A stretch of DNA of 31,564 nucleotides from Thermoplasmata archaeon (GCA_029858465.1 JAOUEZ010000001.1:1-31564), one strand, 5' to 3'. Positions 9,515 to 18,706 are shown, numbered from the stretch's first letter. Translations and numbers: made by a program. Notes: a model not told the origin generated them from the sequence alone.

Positions 9515-10929
9515 TTATCCTGTCCCTCCTGGAGCGATCTGATTGCCTGGAGCATCGCGCCCATCTTGTGCTCCGTTTCCTGAAATTCTCGTTGCGGAAC
9601 GGAATCCGCGACTATGCCCGCACCTGCCTGAATGCTTGCTTTGTTTCCGGTCACTGAGATAGATCGAATTGTTATCGCGAAATCCATGTTCCCGGTGAAA
9701 TCGAAATATCCGACCGCGCCCGCGTATGGGCCGCGGGGTGATTTTTCCAATTCGGAAATTATCTGCATCGCTCGTATTTTGGGAGCGCCGGTGACCGTGC
9801 CCGCCGGAAAACAGGATCGCAAAGCGTCAAACCCGTCATAATTGGGGTGAATCTCGCTCTCGACATTGCTCACAATATGTTGAACATGGGAATATTTCTC
9901 CACTGACATGAGCTCTGTGACCTTCACACTGCCGCTCTTAGAGACCCTCCCCATATCATTTCTATGAAGGTCCACGAGCATCAAATGCTCCGCCCGCTCC
10001 TTCTCATCGAGGAGCATGTCGAGCTTCAGCTTCTCGTCCTCTTCGATATCTGGGGATCTCGGCCTTGTTCCAGCCAAAGGCCTCGTTATGAGCTTGTTCC
10101 CCTCGAGCCGGACAAGCATTTCTGGCGAGGAACCCAGGAGATGAACATCGTCGAAGTCGAGATAGAAAAGATATGGTGATGGATTGAGCGCTCGAAGAGC
10201 CTTGTACATTTCTACAGGGTCGCCTTTAATCTTGAAATCTGTCTTCCTGGACAGGACAACCTGGAATATCTCGCCGTCAAGGATGCTCTCCTTGGCGGTC
10301 ATCACCATTTTTTCGAATTCGTCCTGATCAATGTTTGTCCTGCTCTCGCCTATGCTGATGCCCGAGGATTCTATCGGCCGGACTTTTTTCAAAGCTTCTC
10401 TGAGATCTGAAAGCTTGCCGTGCGAGATTAGAAAGGTGCGAGAGTTCAGATGATCGATGCAGACCAAATGCTTAGGAACGATGAATACCGCATCAGGAAG
10501 CTGGCCATTGATCGATTCAGGCTCCTTGATGCGCTCGAAATGTTTCACCATGCCATAGCCGAGATATCCTACTGCCCCTCCTGAGAAGGGAGCTATCTCG
10601 GATGCCCCGCATTTTATTGATTTGAAATACTCCTGCAGAACTGCGTATGGATTCCCCGTTTTGACAACCTCATCATCAATCTCCACCAATTGATCTCTGG
10701 CTCTGAATTTGGAGATTGGCGCGACACCGATGAATGAATATCTCGCCGTCTTTCTCGTTCCTTCAACTGATTCAAGGAGGAATGATTCTCCAGGAAATTC
10801 CTCTCGAAGGCATGAAAAAATCGATACTGGGTCGTGTTTCATCTCGCTTTCAATTGATACGCTCATCATTAGTGGCTGTTGAGCGGCTTGTTCCGCGCCC
10901 GTTTCGGCGCCAAAGTAAATCCCTGCCAT
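9511..10929 (-). CDS. trpE: Anthranilate synthase component I
   Basis: LLES...RYSFIG, GEIFQVVLS, NPSPY, SSPE, AGTRPR, EHLMLVDL, FPAGTVTGAPK, QAGAGIVADS. The start may instead be the ATG at 10869 or 10866. Confidence 0.95.
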   Translation of the reverse strand: MAGIYFGAETGAEQAAQQPLMMSVSIESEMKHDPVSIFSCLREEFPGESFLLESVEGTRKTARYSFIGVAPISKFRARDQLVEIDDEVVKTGNPYAVLQEYFKSIKCGASEIAPFSGGAVGYLGYGMVKHFERIKEPESINGQLPDAVFIVPKHLVCIDHLNSRTFLISHGKLSDLREALKKVRPIESSGISIGESRTNIDQDEFEKMVMTAKESILDGEIFQVVLSRKTDFKIKGDPVEMYKALRALNPSPYLFYLDFDDVHLLGSSPEMLVRLEGNKLITRPLAGTRPRSPDIEEDEKLKLDMLLDEKERAEHLMLVDLHRNDMGRVSKSGSVKVTELMSVEKYSHVQHIVSNVESEIHPNYDGFDALRSCFPAGTVTGAPKIRAMQIISELEKSPRGPYAGAVGYFDFTGNMDFAITIRSISVTGNKASIQAGAGIVADSVPQREFQETEHKMGAMLQAIRSLQEGQDK

Positions 10930-10955
10930 TGTCCACGAGAATAGTTGATGCTTGA

Positions 10956-10981
10956 TGTACTATTTATATCTTTATTGTACA
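10956..10981 (-). promoter_or_regulatory. trp operon promoter: TATA box flanked by TGTAC(A/T) boxes
   Basis: Minus-strand GATATAAATA at 10970-10961; TGTACA at 10976-10981 and TGTACT at 10956-10961 on the plus strand. Confidence 0.5.
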
Positions 10982-11121
10982 AATATGTTCTAAATTGACC
11001 AAAATATTGTTGAGAAAGGCGGTCGCGACTCATCATTGGAGATGATATCAGAAACACAAAGAACAGTTTAACAATATAGGTATAGGAATAATATCGGCAT
11101 CTTTCGCTCGCTCAAAGGGAC

Positions 11122-14100
11122 ATGTCGATAATGTTGGTCGATCAAATGGGCAATTACATTATCTATCTTGGAGAAAGTGGCTCCGATCTGAAGAAATTCG
11201 GGGGGAAAGCCGCCAATCTAACAATACTCGCTTCCTCGGGATTCGCTGTTCCCCCAGGAATAGTTGTAAATGTGAGTGCCTATGAAAAATTCATTGAGGA
11301 CAATAGCCTCGGAGAAGAGATAGGAAAATGCCTCGAAAATTCTAATTTGACAAATGATTCACACCTTGAGAATTGCTCCAAAACAATACAGAACATGATC
11401 CTCTCCGGAAAATTCGACCCTCAGATCTCCAACGAACTGAGGGATGCAATTCGAAGAATCGGCGAGGACAACACATGGGCGGTGAGATCATCCGCATTCG
11501 CCGAGGACATGCCGGGAGCGTCATTTGCTGGCCAGCAGGACTCTTACCTCGGTGTGGCGACCGATGATATCGAGGAATACATAAAGAAGTGCTGGGCATC
11601 CTACTGGAATATAAGGGCGATCACCTATCGCCTGGATTCTGACATCCCTCATCTCGAAGGGGGAATGGCTGTATTAATCCAGAAGATGGTCGATGCGATA
11701 TCCTCAGGCGTCGTCTTCACCATCGATCCCGTCAAGAGAAACAAGGATCGGATGATCATTGAATCGAGCTGGGGGCTTGGAGAGGCAATAGTATCGGGCA
11801 AGGTTGTTCCCGACAGGTTCACAATCGACAAGACCACCTCGGAAATCGTTCTCAGAGAGATAAGCAAGAAGACAAAGGGCGTATTCCTTTCGAAAATTGG
11901 GAGTACCGAATCTGAGATTGAGACGGCCCGTCGGAATGCCCCATCTATAAACGACCAAAATATCCGAAATCTTGCCTCATTGGGAGCGATAATAGAGGAA
12001 GAATTCGGAGCACCTCAGGACATAGAATGGGCGATCGACAAGGAGAGGATTTGGATCCTGCAGTCGAGGCCCGTGACTACGGTCAAGGCGGGGGATGAGA
12101 CTCTTTGGACAAGGGGATACGGTGATGATTATTGGTCGGAGGTAGCCTCTCCGCTATCATTCTCATTGCTCGGTCATTATCTTACTGAGTACGTTAATCG
12201 TGAAGGGTCAAAGGTGATGGGGTACAAAAATCTCACCGACAAGGATCTTCTGATTGTGCACAAGGCGCACGTCTATTTCAACAGCTCAGTCCTGGAAGAG
12301 GTATTCACATACAATCCGAGATTCTCGAGAACAAAGGAGCTTCTGAGCTATTTCCCCATGAGGGATCAGGAGCGAATCGCAAGCGCGAAGACAAGGATTC
12401 TTTCAAGATTAATGGCTGAATTCAGAATTGCACTATTCGATCCAGATGGAATAATGCTGAGAACGGACAAGGCATACAAAGAATGGTCTCAGAAATATCT
12501 TGAGGAGATGAAGACTTTTGATTCTCTCAATCTCACGAAGCTGACGGATGAGCAACTGCACAGTGAATTCCTCAAAATGGAAAAGATGTACATCAAGCAC
12601 TACAGACTGATAAGATACGGGATGGTCACTCACAGCATCGGCACCAACCTCATTATCAAGAGGTGGCTGACAGACTGGTTGAACGATCGATCTGGGGCAA
12701 TATACTCAAAGCTCATCTCGGGCTTGCGCGGGAACAAAACTATAGAGACTAATATCGCAATCTCAAAACTTGCGAATGCGGCTCGAGACAACCTTCTGGT
12801 TGTCTCAAAAATTGATAAAACATCATCGAATGATTTCCTGCAGTTGATCAGATCGGATCCGGATTATTATGATTTCAACAAGCAGCTCGAAGAATTTCTG
12901 AGAGAGTATGGCCACAGGTCTCACACCAGAGAGACTTTCTATCCAAGATGGGTGGACGACCCAACTTTGGTCATAGATATGGTTAGGACGCTGATGGCCT
13001 CGGGGAAAATCGATCTTGAGGAACTCGAGAGGAGGAGGATTCAGGAGAGGATTGAAACCGAAAAAGAGATTTTCCAGAGACTTTCGAAGATGAAATATGG
13101 TTTCTTCCGGAAGACCATCTTTAAAATGGTTCTGAATCTGGCTCAGACATATCTGATGTTCCGGGAGAACCAACGATTCTTCTTCGACCATCAGGTCTAC
13201 AGATGGAGACGACTTTTCATGGAATATGGAAGAAGATTTGCCGAAAGAAAGTTGATTGAGGCTCAGGATTGCATTTTTTTCCTGTCGAAAGAGGAAATCT
13301 TCAAAAGCGCACGAACTGGAAAGCCTTTGGATAGACAACTTTTAAAAGATAGAAGGAAGGAATTCGAGGCGTACAAGGGGGTCTTGCCGCCAAAATTCTT
13401 GCAGGGCGGAGTGGAATTCGATGATCCCATCATCGATTCCGAGGATGCAATAAAGATTACAGGGACACCCTCTAGCCCGGGAATCGTCACCAGCAGAATC
13501 AGAGTGATTGATTCAATCGAGCATCTTCCGGATATAAGGGATAAAGAGATACTCGTGACATCCAACACCGATCCTGGCTGGACCGCGATATTTTCCAAAC
13601 TCAGCGGCCTGATAACAGAAACAGGAGGGATCCTATCTCATGGCGCAGTCGTATCAAGAGAATACGGGATACCTGCAGTCACCGCTGTGAAGAATGCGAC
13701 GAATATATTGAAAACAGGCCAGGAGGTCACTCTTGATGGAAATGACGGCGTAGTGCTAATCAAGGCGGAAATGAAAGACACAGATATTTTCCACGAGTTC
13801 AAGAACCATCCGAATTGGAACGAGAGCTACTATTTCAATTTCTATGACCGGACATCTGATATTTACGGATTTATGAGGATTGGACTTAATCCGAAGATAG
13901 AGATGAAAAACGTCTTCTGCTTCTTCATAATGCCTGATGGAAAAATGATAGGGATAAAGGAAAGCACCCCGGATAGAGACAAAACATTGTCTATTAAAGG
14001 CTTGAATTTTGAAAAGCTGGTTCCGGAAAAGAAATGGAAGTTGAGATGCTCGAGCACAATGACCGGTGCTTTCACAGAAAAAGTCGAATTTGATCTCGAT

Positions 14101-14667
14101 TTTGAATCATTAAATGATATTTTTGATTATAGAGAGGCAGTGACATCCGCAGGAAGGATGATGTCGAAAGATATCGCATCAGAACATCTTGAGCAATTTG
14201 GCAAGATACAAGGAAGATTGAAAATCGGAGAGAAAGTCTATTCGATAGATGCATTAGGAGAGAGGGATCACTCATGGGGAATAAGGGATTGGATCGCCCC
14301 AAAACTCTGGTTCTGGCTGAATGCTCATTTTTCCGAGGTACTATCAGTGAACATTACGAAACTTGTCACGGACATCGGAGAGGTGTATGCGGGGTTCATA
14401 TTCGAGGACGGAAAGAACATACCGATCTTAAACGCAGAGATATCGCCCAGATACGATTCTAAAGGAAGACCGCTTGATTTTAAAATGAAATTGTACGATA
14501 AGATTGGTAACACTCACGAGATAGACGCGATCATAATAAGAGACGCTATCGTCACTTTTGAAGTGCAGGATGGCAGGATGGGTTCAGTCATGCATGAGAC
14601 ACTGGCAAAATATAAATTCAGGGATCGCACCGGGTTTGGCATCGCGGAGTTTCTGACGAGATTATAA
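11122..14667 (+). CDS. PEP/pyruvate-binding ATP-grasp plus phospho-His swivel dikinase (RPH-like architecture) with an extra C-terminal ~295-aa domain
   Basis: FGGKAANL, AVRSSA.AED...SFAGQ, QDIEW, QSRPVT. The His domain has TETGGILSHGAVVSREYGIP (H840, codon 13639). The C-terminal region has WNESYYFNFYD and GERDHSWGIRDW. No PEP-binding TIM barrel. Confidence 0.85.
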   Translation: MSIMLVDQMGNYIIYLGESGSDLKKFGGKAANLTILASSGFAVPPGIVVNVSAYEKFIEDNSLGEEIGKCLENSNLTNDSHLENCSKTIQNMILSGKFDPQISNELRDAIRRIGEDNTWAVRSSAFAEDMPGASFAGQQDSYLGVATDDIEEYIKKCWASYWNIRAITYRLDSDIPHLEGGMAVLIQKMVDAISSGVVFTIDPVKRNKDRMIIESSWGLGEAIVSGKVVPDRFTIDKTTSEIVLREISKKTKGVFLSKIGSTESEIETARRNAPSINDQNIRNLASLGAIIEEEFGAPQDIEWAIDKERIWILQSRPVTTVKAGDETLWTRGYGDDYWSEVASPLSFSLLGHYLTEYVNREGSKVMGYKNLTDKDLLIVHKAHVYFNSSVLEEVFTYNPRFSRTKELLSYFPMRDQERIASAKTRILSRLMAEFRIALFDPDGIMLRTDKAYKEWSQKYLEEMKTFDSLNLTKLTDEQLHSEFLKMEKMYIKHYRLIRYGMVTHSIGTNLIIKRWLTDWLNDRSGAIYSKLISGLRGNKTIETNIAISKLANAARDNLLVVSKIDKTSSNDFLQLIRSDPDYYDFNKQLEEFLREYGHRSHTRETFYPRWVDDPTLVIDMVRTLMASGKIDLEELERRRIQERIETEKEIFQRLSKMKYGFFRKTIFKMVLNLAQTYLMFRENQRFFFDHQVYRWRRLFMEYGRRFAERKLIEAQDCIFFLSKEEIFKSARTGKPLDRQLLKDRRKEFEAYKGVLPPKFLQGGVEFDDPIIDSEDAIKITGTPSSPGIVTSRIRVIDSIEHLPDIRDKEILVTSNTDPGWTAIFSKLSGLITETGGILSHGAVVSREYGIPAVTAVKNATNILKTGQEVTLDGNDGVVLIKAEMKDTDIFHEFKNHPNWNESYYFNFYDRTSDIYGFMRIGLNPKIEMKNVFCFFIMPDGKMIGIKESTPDRDKTLSIKGLNFEKLVPEKKWKLRCSSTMTGAFTEKVEFDLDFESLNDIFDYREAVTSAGRMMSKDIASEHLEQFGKIQGRLKIGEKVYSIDALGERDHSWGIRDWIAPKLWFWLNAHFSEVLSVNITKLVTDIGEVYAGFIFEDGKNIPILNAEISPRYDSKGRPLDFKMKLYDKIGNTHEIDAIIIRDAIVTFEVQDGRMGSVMHETLAKYKFRDRTGFGIAEFLTRL

Positions 14668-14670
14668 AAA

Positions 14671-15921
14671 TCATGTCTTACAGACTACACCCTCATCCAA
14701 TTGCTCCTTTCTGATCTTCTTCATAGTTTGCCTGAGGAGCGGTGGCGTCACTAGGACGGTAATCAGCCCCATAATTATAATCACAGAATATATCGAGCTA
14801 TTAATGATGTTGAATTGCAGACCGAACAATGCTATTATCATCGCTACTTCGAGACGCGGAGACATGCCTAGCCCGATGGATATTGATTCTCTCGGTTTCA
14901 TCTTGAATAGCCATGCTGGCAAACCTCCACCGACGATTTTTGAAAGAATGGCCACAGCTCCGAGAATAAGTGCAAACATCCATATCTCCAATGGTAGGAG
15001 AATGTTCACGAGAATGCCAAGAGAAATGAAGAATATCGGGGCGAATACCCATTCGAGGAACGCGATACCTTCCTTGAACTGCTCTCTGTACTCGCAACCG
15101 GCAAAACTTGTGCCGGCTATGAACGCTCCTACGATGGCACTTATGCCTATTCGATCCGCGATGAATGCGTACAGGAATGCGAAAGATAATGCTAGAAGAA
15201 ATCCGCTCTCTCTCAATCCGTATTTGATGCCGATTCTCTCGACTGAGCCAATTACTTTTGTGACGAATTTCATGCCGATATACGCTCCAGCGCTGACGAA
15301 AATCACCGCGAAGATGCTTATCTGAGTGAGATATATCGCATCTACACCTTCGCCCAAAGCGACTCCTGCAGTTATTGCCAGTACGACCATTCCGATGACA
15401 TCATCAACCACGGCCGCCCCGAGAATCGTCTTTGCTACAGAGGTATTGATGAGCTTCATTTCCCGAAGTACTCCTGCTGTAATTGCGACGCTTGTAGCAA
15501 CAAGAGCTGTTCCGACAAAGATCGATTGTGAAAATTTGGTGAAACCGACTCCTGGATCCGGCAGCAGGAACTCTGCAAGGAAAAAGCCAGCAATCCAGGG
15601 GAGGCTGACCCCTCCGATTGCGATTGCTATATTTTTCTTCGTGTAGATATCTCTGATCTCAAATTCAAGACCTATCATGAAAAGCATGATGATTGCACCG
15701 AATCCCGCAAGAAGAGTGACTATGCCGACTGTGCCTTCCTCAGGGAGGGAAATTATGCCGAGAATACTGGGCCCGATTATTATACCGAGGACAATCTGGC
15801 CAATAATTTTTGGCAGGTGCATTCTGACGAAGAGGAAACTTGAGAGAATCGCAACCGCTAGAATCATTGTAATCTGAAACCACTGATCCCCGAATATGTC
15901 GCCTAGGATTTCCTCAAACAT
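14671..15921 (-). CDS. Cation:proton antiporter, CPA2 (NapA/Kef-like)
   Basis: About 13 hydrophobic segments; LFMIGLE, ATSVAIT, AAVVDD, SKIVG, PRLEV. Confidence 0.88.
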   Translation of the reverse strand: MFEEILGDIFGDQWFQITMILAVAILSSFLFVRMHLPKIIGQIVLGIIIGPSILGIISLPEEGTVGIVTLLAGFGAIIMLFMIGLEFEIRDIYTKKNIAIAIGGVSLPWIAGFFLAEFLLPDPGVGFTKFSQSIFVGTALVATSVAITAGVLREMKLINTSVAKTILGAAVVDDVIGMVVLAITAGVALGEGVDAIYLTQISIFAVIFVSAGAYIGMKFVTKVIGSVERIGIKYGLRESGFLLALSFAFLYAFIADRIGISAIVGAFIAGTSFAGCEYREQFKEGIAFLEWVFAPIFFISLGILVNILLPLEIWMFALILGAVAILSKIVGGGLPAWLFKMKPRESISIGLGMSPRLEVAMIIALFGLQFNIINSSIYSVIIIMGLITVLVTPPLLRQTMKKIRKEQLDEGVVCKT

Positions 15922-16030
15922 CTCTCTGTGAATGACAAAAATGCAATTTAAGTGTTGGCAATAGTATCGTTATTCTACATTGATAAGATCGGCTAAGGAA
16001 GGTCTTTCAAAATTTCTTTTGGCTAGATTG

Positions 16031-17161
16031 CTATTGGGACAATTGCTTTGAGCGCCTTATTGGTCTCCCGCCTTCATCATAGTATTTCTTTTTGAACCAG
16101 AGGGCAACATTGACGAGACTGATAAGCACGGGAACCTCCATTAGAGGTCCTATCACGGCAGTAAAGGCTTCGATAGAAGCTATCCCGAAGGTTGCAACAG
16201 CGACAGCAATAGCAAGTTCGAAATTATTGCTTGCGGCGGTGAATGACTGTGTGGTCGATTGCCCGTAAGAAAATCCAGACCTATGAGATATCCAGAAGCT
16301 GAAGAAGAACATCAGCAGGAAATATGCAAGCAACGGGATAGCAACACGCACCACCTCAAGAGGTCTGCTAATTATCGCCTCACCTTGCAAAGAGAACATT
16401 ATGACGATTGTAAAGAGTAAACCAATCATCGCGAGCGGGCTTATCTTTGGAGCGAATACATTGTCGTACCATTCTCTGCCTTTTCTTTTTGCGAGGAAGA
16501 ACCAGCTAGCGACACCTAACGCGAAGGGAATCCCAAGGAATATGAGCACGTTCTTTGCAATCTCTTCTATTGTAATATCGATGACGATATTCCCCGATGC
16601 TGGAGAAATGACCGGAGTGAGGACAGTGATGAAGAGATATGCCAACAGAGAGTACATGAATATTTGAAATACCGAGTTCAATGCGACAAGAACCGCACAA
16701 TACTCGCAGTCGCCTTCTGCAAGCATATTCCAAACTAGAACCATCGCAATGCATCTTGCTAATCCTATCAGGATTAGGCCATTTCTAAAGGAGGTTGAAA
16801 TTTCGTCTGATCCTGGGAAGGCTATCCAAGCGAGGACCAACATAAGCACAGGTCCAATAGCCCAGTTGAGAACGAGCGATGTGCTCAGCATCTTCTTGGC
16901 CTGTTTTAGGCGCCCGAGTTCGTCATAATGAACTTTTGCCAGGGGCGGATACATCATGACAAGCAACCCAATTGCGATTGGCAAGGAAACATCGAATATC
17001 TTTATAGAATCGAAGATTTCCGCAAGCTCGGGAAAGACATAGCCAAGTCCGACTCCTGCAAACATCGCCAGAAATATCCACAGAGTCAGAAATTCGTCGA
17101 GAAAGGATAGTTTCTTTTTCGGAGAACAGCTTGCTTGTGCATCCGATGCATTAGATCTCAT
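16031..17161 (-). CDS. acr3: Arsenite/antimonite efflux permease, ACR3 family
   Basis: LDEFLTLWIFLAM, MMYPPL, LNWAIGP, GLARCIAMV (conserved Cys), SNNFELAIAVA, GPLMEVPVL. Confidence 0.93.
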   Translation of the reverse strand: MRSNASDAQASCSPKKKLSFLDEFLTLWIFLAMFAGVGLGYVFPELAEIFDSIKIFDVSLPIAIGLLVMMYPPLAKVHYDELGRLKQAKKMLSTSLVLNWAIGPVLMLVLAWIAFPGSDEISTSFRNGLILIGLARCIAMVLVWNMLAEGDCEYCAVLVALNSVFQIFMYSLLAYLFITVLTPVISPASGNIVIDITIEEIAKNVLIFLGIPFALGVASWFFLAKRKGREWYDNVFAPKISPLAMIGLLFTIVIMFSLQGEAIISRPLEVVRVAIPLLAYFLLMFFFSFWISHRSGFSYGQSTTQSFTAASNNFELAIAVAVATFGIASIEAFTAVIGPLMEVPVLISLVNVALWFKKKYYDEGGRPIRRSKQLSQ

Positions 17162-17171
17162 GAGATCTTCC

Positions 17172-17450
17172 CTAGTCGATACCGTATTTCCTCCTCAGTT
17201 CTTTAATTAACTTCGTCGTCTCTTTGATTGACGGAAAGAAAATCGCGCCTTCTTGACACTTACTCACGCAGCCAGAGCACCCCACGAGGCAATTAAATGG
17301 CTTAACGACTTTTGATTCTCCATCGATTATTGCGAATACGCTATGCTTACAGAATTCAACGCACGTTCCGCATTCTGTGCATTTCCCCTTGTCGATGGTT
17401 GGGTACCAGGGTATCTCCTCGCGCGGGACTGCTTTTCGCTTCTCCGACAT
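17172..17450 (-). CDS. 4Fe-4S dicluster ferredoxin
   Basis: WYPTID..KCTECGTCVEFC and CLVGCSGCVSKCQEGAIFFP. Confidence 0.88.
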   Translation of the reverse strand: MSEKRKAVPREEIPWYPTIDKGKCTECGTCVEFCKHSVFAIIDGESKVVKPFNCLVGCSGCVSKCQEGAIFFPSIKETTKLIKELRRKYGID

Positions 17451-17495
17451 TTAGATCATCCGCGATATTTTTAATCTGCCAAATTAGAGGAGTGA

Positions 17496-17744
17496 TTAGC
17501 AGCAGTTCCTGATCTTGAGATATTCCTGCCACATACCTTCGACATATTCTTTCTCGACCGATTTGGGGACATAATTGTGAACCCTCATTGCTTCGAGAAT
17601 CGCCGCCTTTATCTCAGCTTCTGGAGCATCGCCCACCTCCTTCGCTGCCCCGATGATGAAATCATAGCCTACGATTCCGACCATCTGATTGCCTACTTTG
17701 ATTCTCTTTATACCGTTCTTAGCACCGTTGCAGCAGCAGGACAT
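17496..17744 (-). CDS. Small hypothetical protein with N-terminal CCC and C-terminal CC
   Basis: ATG at 17744 lies 6 nt after GAGGTG. 82 aa: MSCCCNG...IKVGNQMVGIVG...NYVPKSVEKEY...KIRNCC. It is packed between corA and the ferredoxin. Confidence 0.75.
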   Translation of the reverse strand: MSCCCNGAKNGIKRIKVGNQMVGIVGYDFIIGAAKEVGDAPEAEIKAAILEAMRVHNYVPKSVEKEYVEGMWQEYLKIRNCC

Positions 17745-17770
17745 TTTTTTCACCTCTTGGTTGAAATCTA

Positions 17771-18706
17771 TCAGAATATCTTTTTCACACGGAACAGAAT
17801 CCAGAGTATCGCGACTGCGATTGCGGTGAAGCTAATCACGATCCAGAAGGCGTAAGGATCGTTCTCGAAAGGAAGCGCGATGTTCATCCCGTAAAGGCTG
17901 GCAATTAGGGTGGGAAGCATGAGAATAAGGCTGATGCTGGTAAGGATCTTCATAATCGAGGACAGATTGTTCGCTATATCTGATTCGTAAGCCCTGAGAA
18001 CGTTAGACATGATCTCCCTATAAACGGTCGTCATATCATACATCTGAGCAACGTCGTTCTCGATATCCTCCAGAAAATCTACCTGTTCCTCGGAAAATTT
18101 CAGATGTCTTGTCCGGGGAATTTGAGAGACCGCATTGAAATTCGATAGCAGGGAAGTGTTGAGGAGAATAAGGTCGCTGTTCATCGTGTAGGCATCCTCA
18201 GCGAGCTCTGCCTTCTCCTGTGTGAACACGGCTTTCTGGGTCAGGGATATCTTTCCCTCCAAGGGCCTCACGTAGCGGTCGATGTCCTTGTTGGCACGTC
18301 GAACAATCGAGAGAAAAAGATCGCTCTTGTCATTGATTTTTGGTTTGCGCTTGACATCGGCTAAGAGGTCCTTGCCATCGAATGTCGCAACTATCCGAAC
18401 TGTAATAATTCTATCCGGCGTCACGAAAATGCCAATCGGCATCGTCTGCGCCGGGTCCATCTCATGGGCTTTTTTCAACAGGCTTCTGAGAACAACGAAA
18501 TCGTAATCTTCGTCCAGCTCTACCCTTGATCGCTCGTTTGGGTCCAGACAGTCAGCAACGTCCGGGTATTGAATCTTGAACAGTCTGTTGAGAAGATCTA
18601 CTTCATCGCTCGAAGGCGCGATCGCGTCGATCCAGAGGGCGTCCTGAGGCTTGGCCTGACTGCATTCCTTCAATATTCCGGACTCGGAACAGTACAGCTT
18701 CAGCAT
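17771..18706 (-). CDS. corA: CorA-family Mg2+/divalent cation transporter
   Basis: Large soluble domain, then LTSISLILMLPTLIASLYGMN (GMN signature) and a second TM helix. ATG at 18706 follows a GGAGG RBS; the ORF track start is 18736. Confidence 0.9.
   Translation of the reverse strand: MLKLYCSESGILKECSQAKPQDALWIDAIAPSSDEVDLLNRLFKIQYPDVADCLDPNERSRVELDEDYDFVVLRSLLKKAHEMDPAQTMPIGIFVTPDRIITVRIVATFDGKDLLADVKRKPKINDKSDLFLSIVRRANKDIDRYVRPLEGKISLTQKAVFTQEKAELAEDAYTMNSDLILLNTSLLSNFNAVSQIPRTRHLKFSEEQVDFLEDIENDVAQMYDMTTVYREIMSNVLRAYESDIANNLSSIMKILTSISLILMLPTLIASLYGMNIALPFENDPYAFWIVISFTAIAVAILWILFRVKKIF

Noticed and set aside
11122-14667. Annotation as PEP synthase (ppsA) or pyruvate phosphate dikinase
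   Set aside because: The His domain is not central, and the C-terminal PEP/pyruvate-binding TIM barrel with its catalytic Cys motif is absent.
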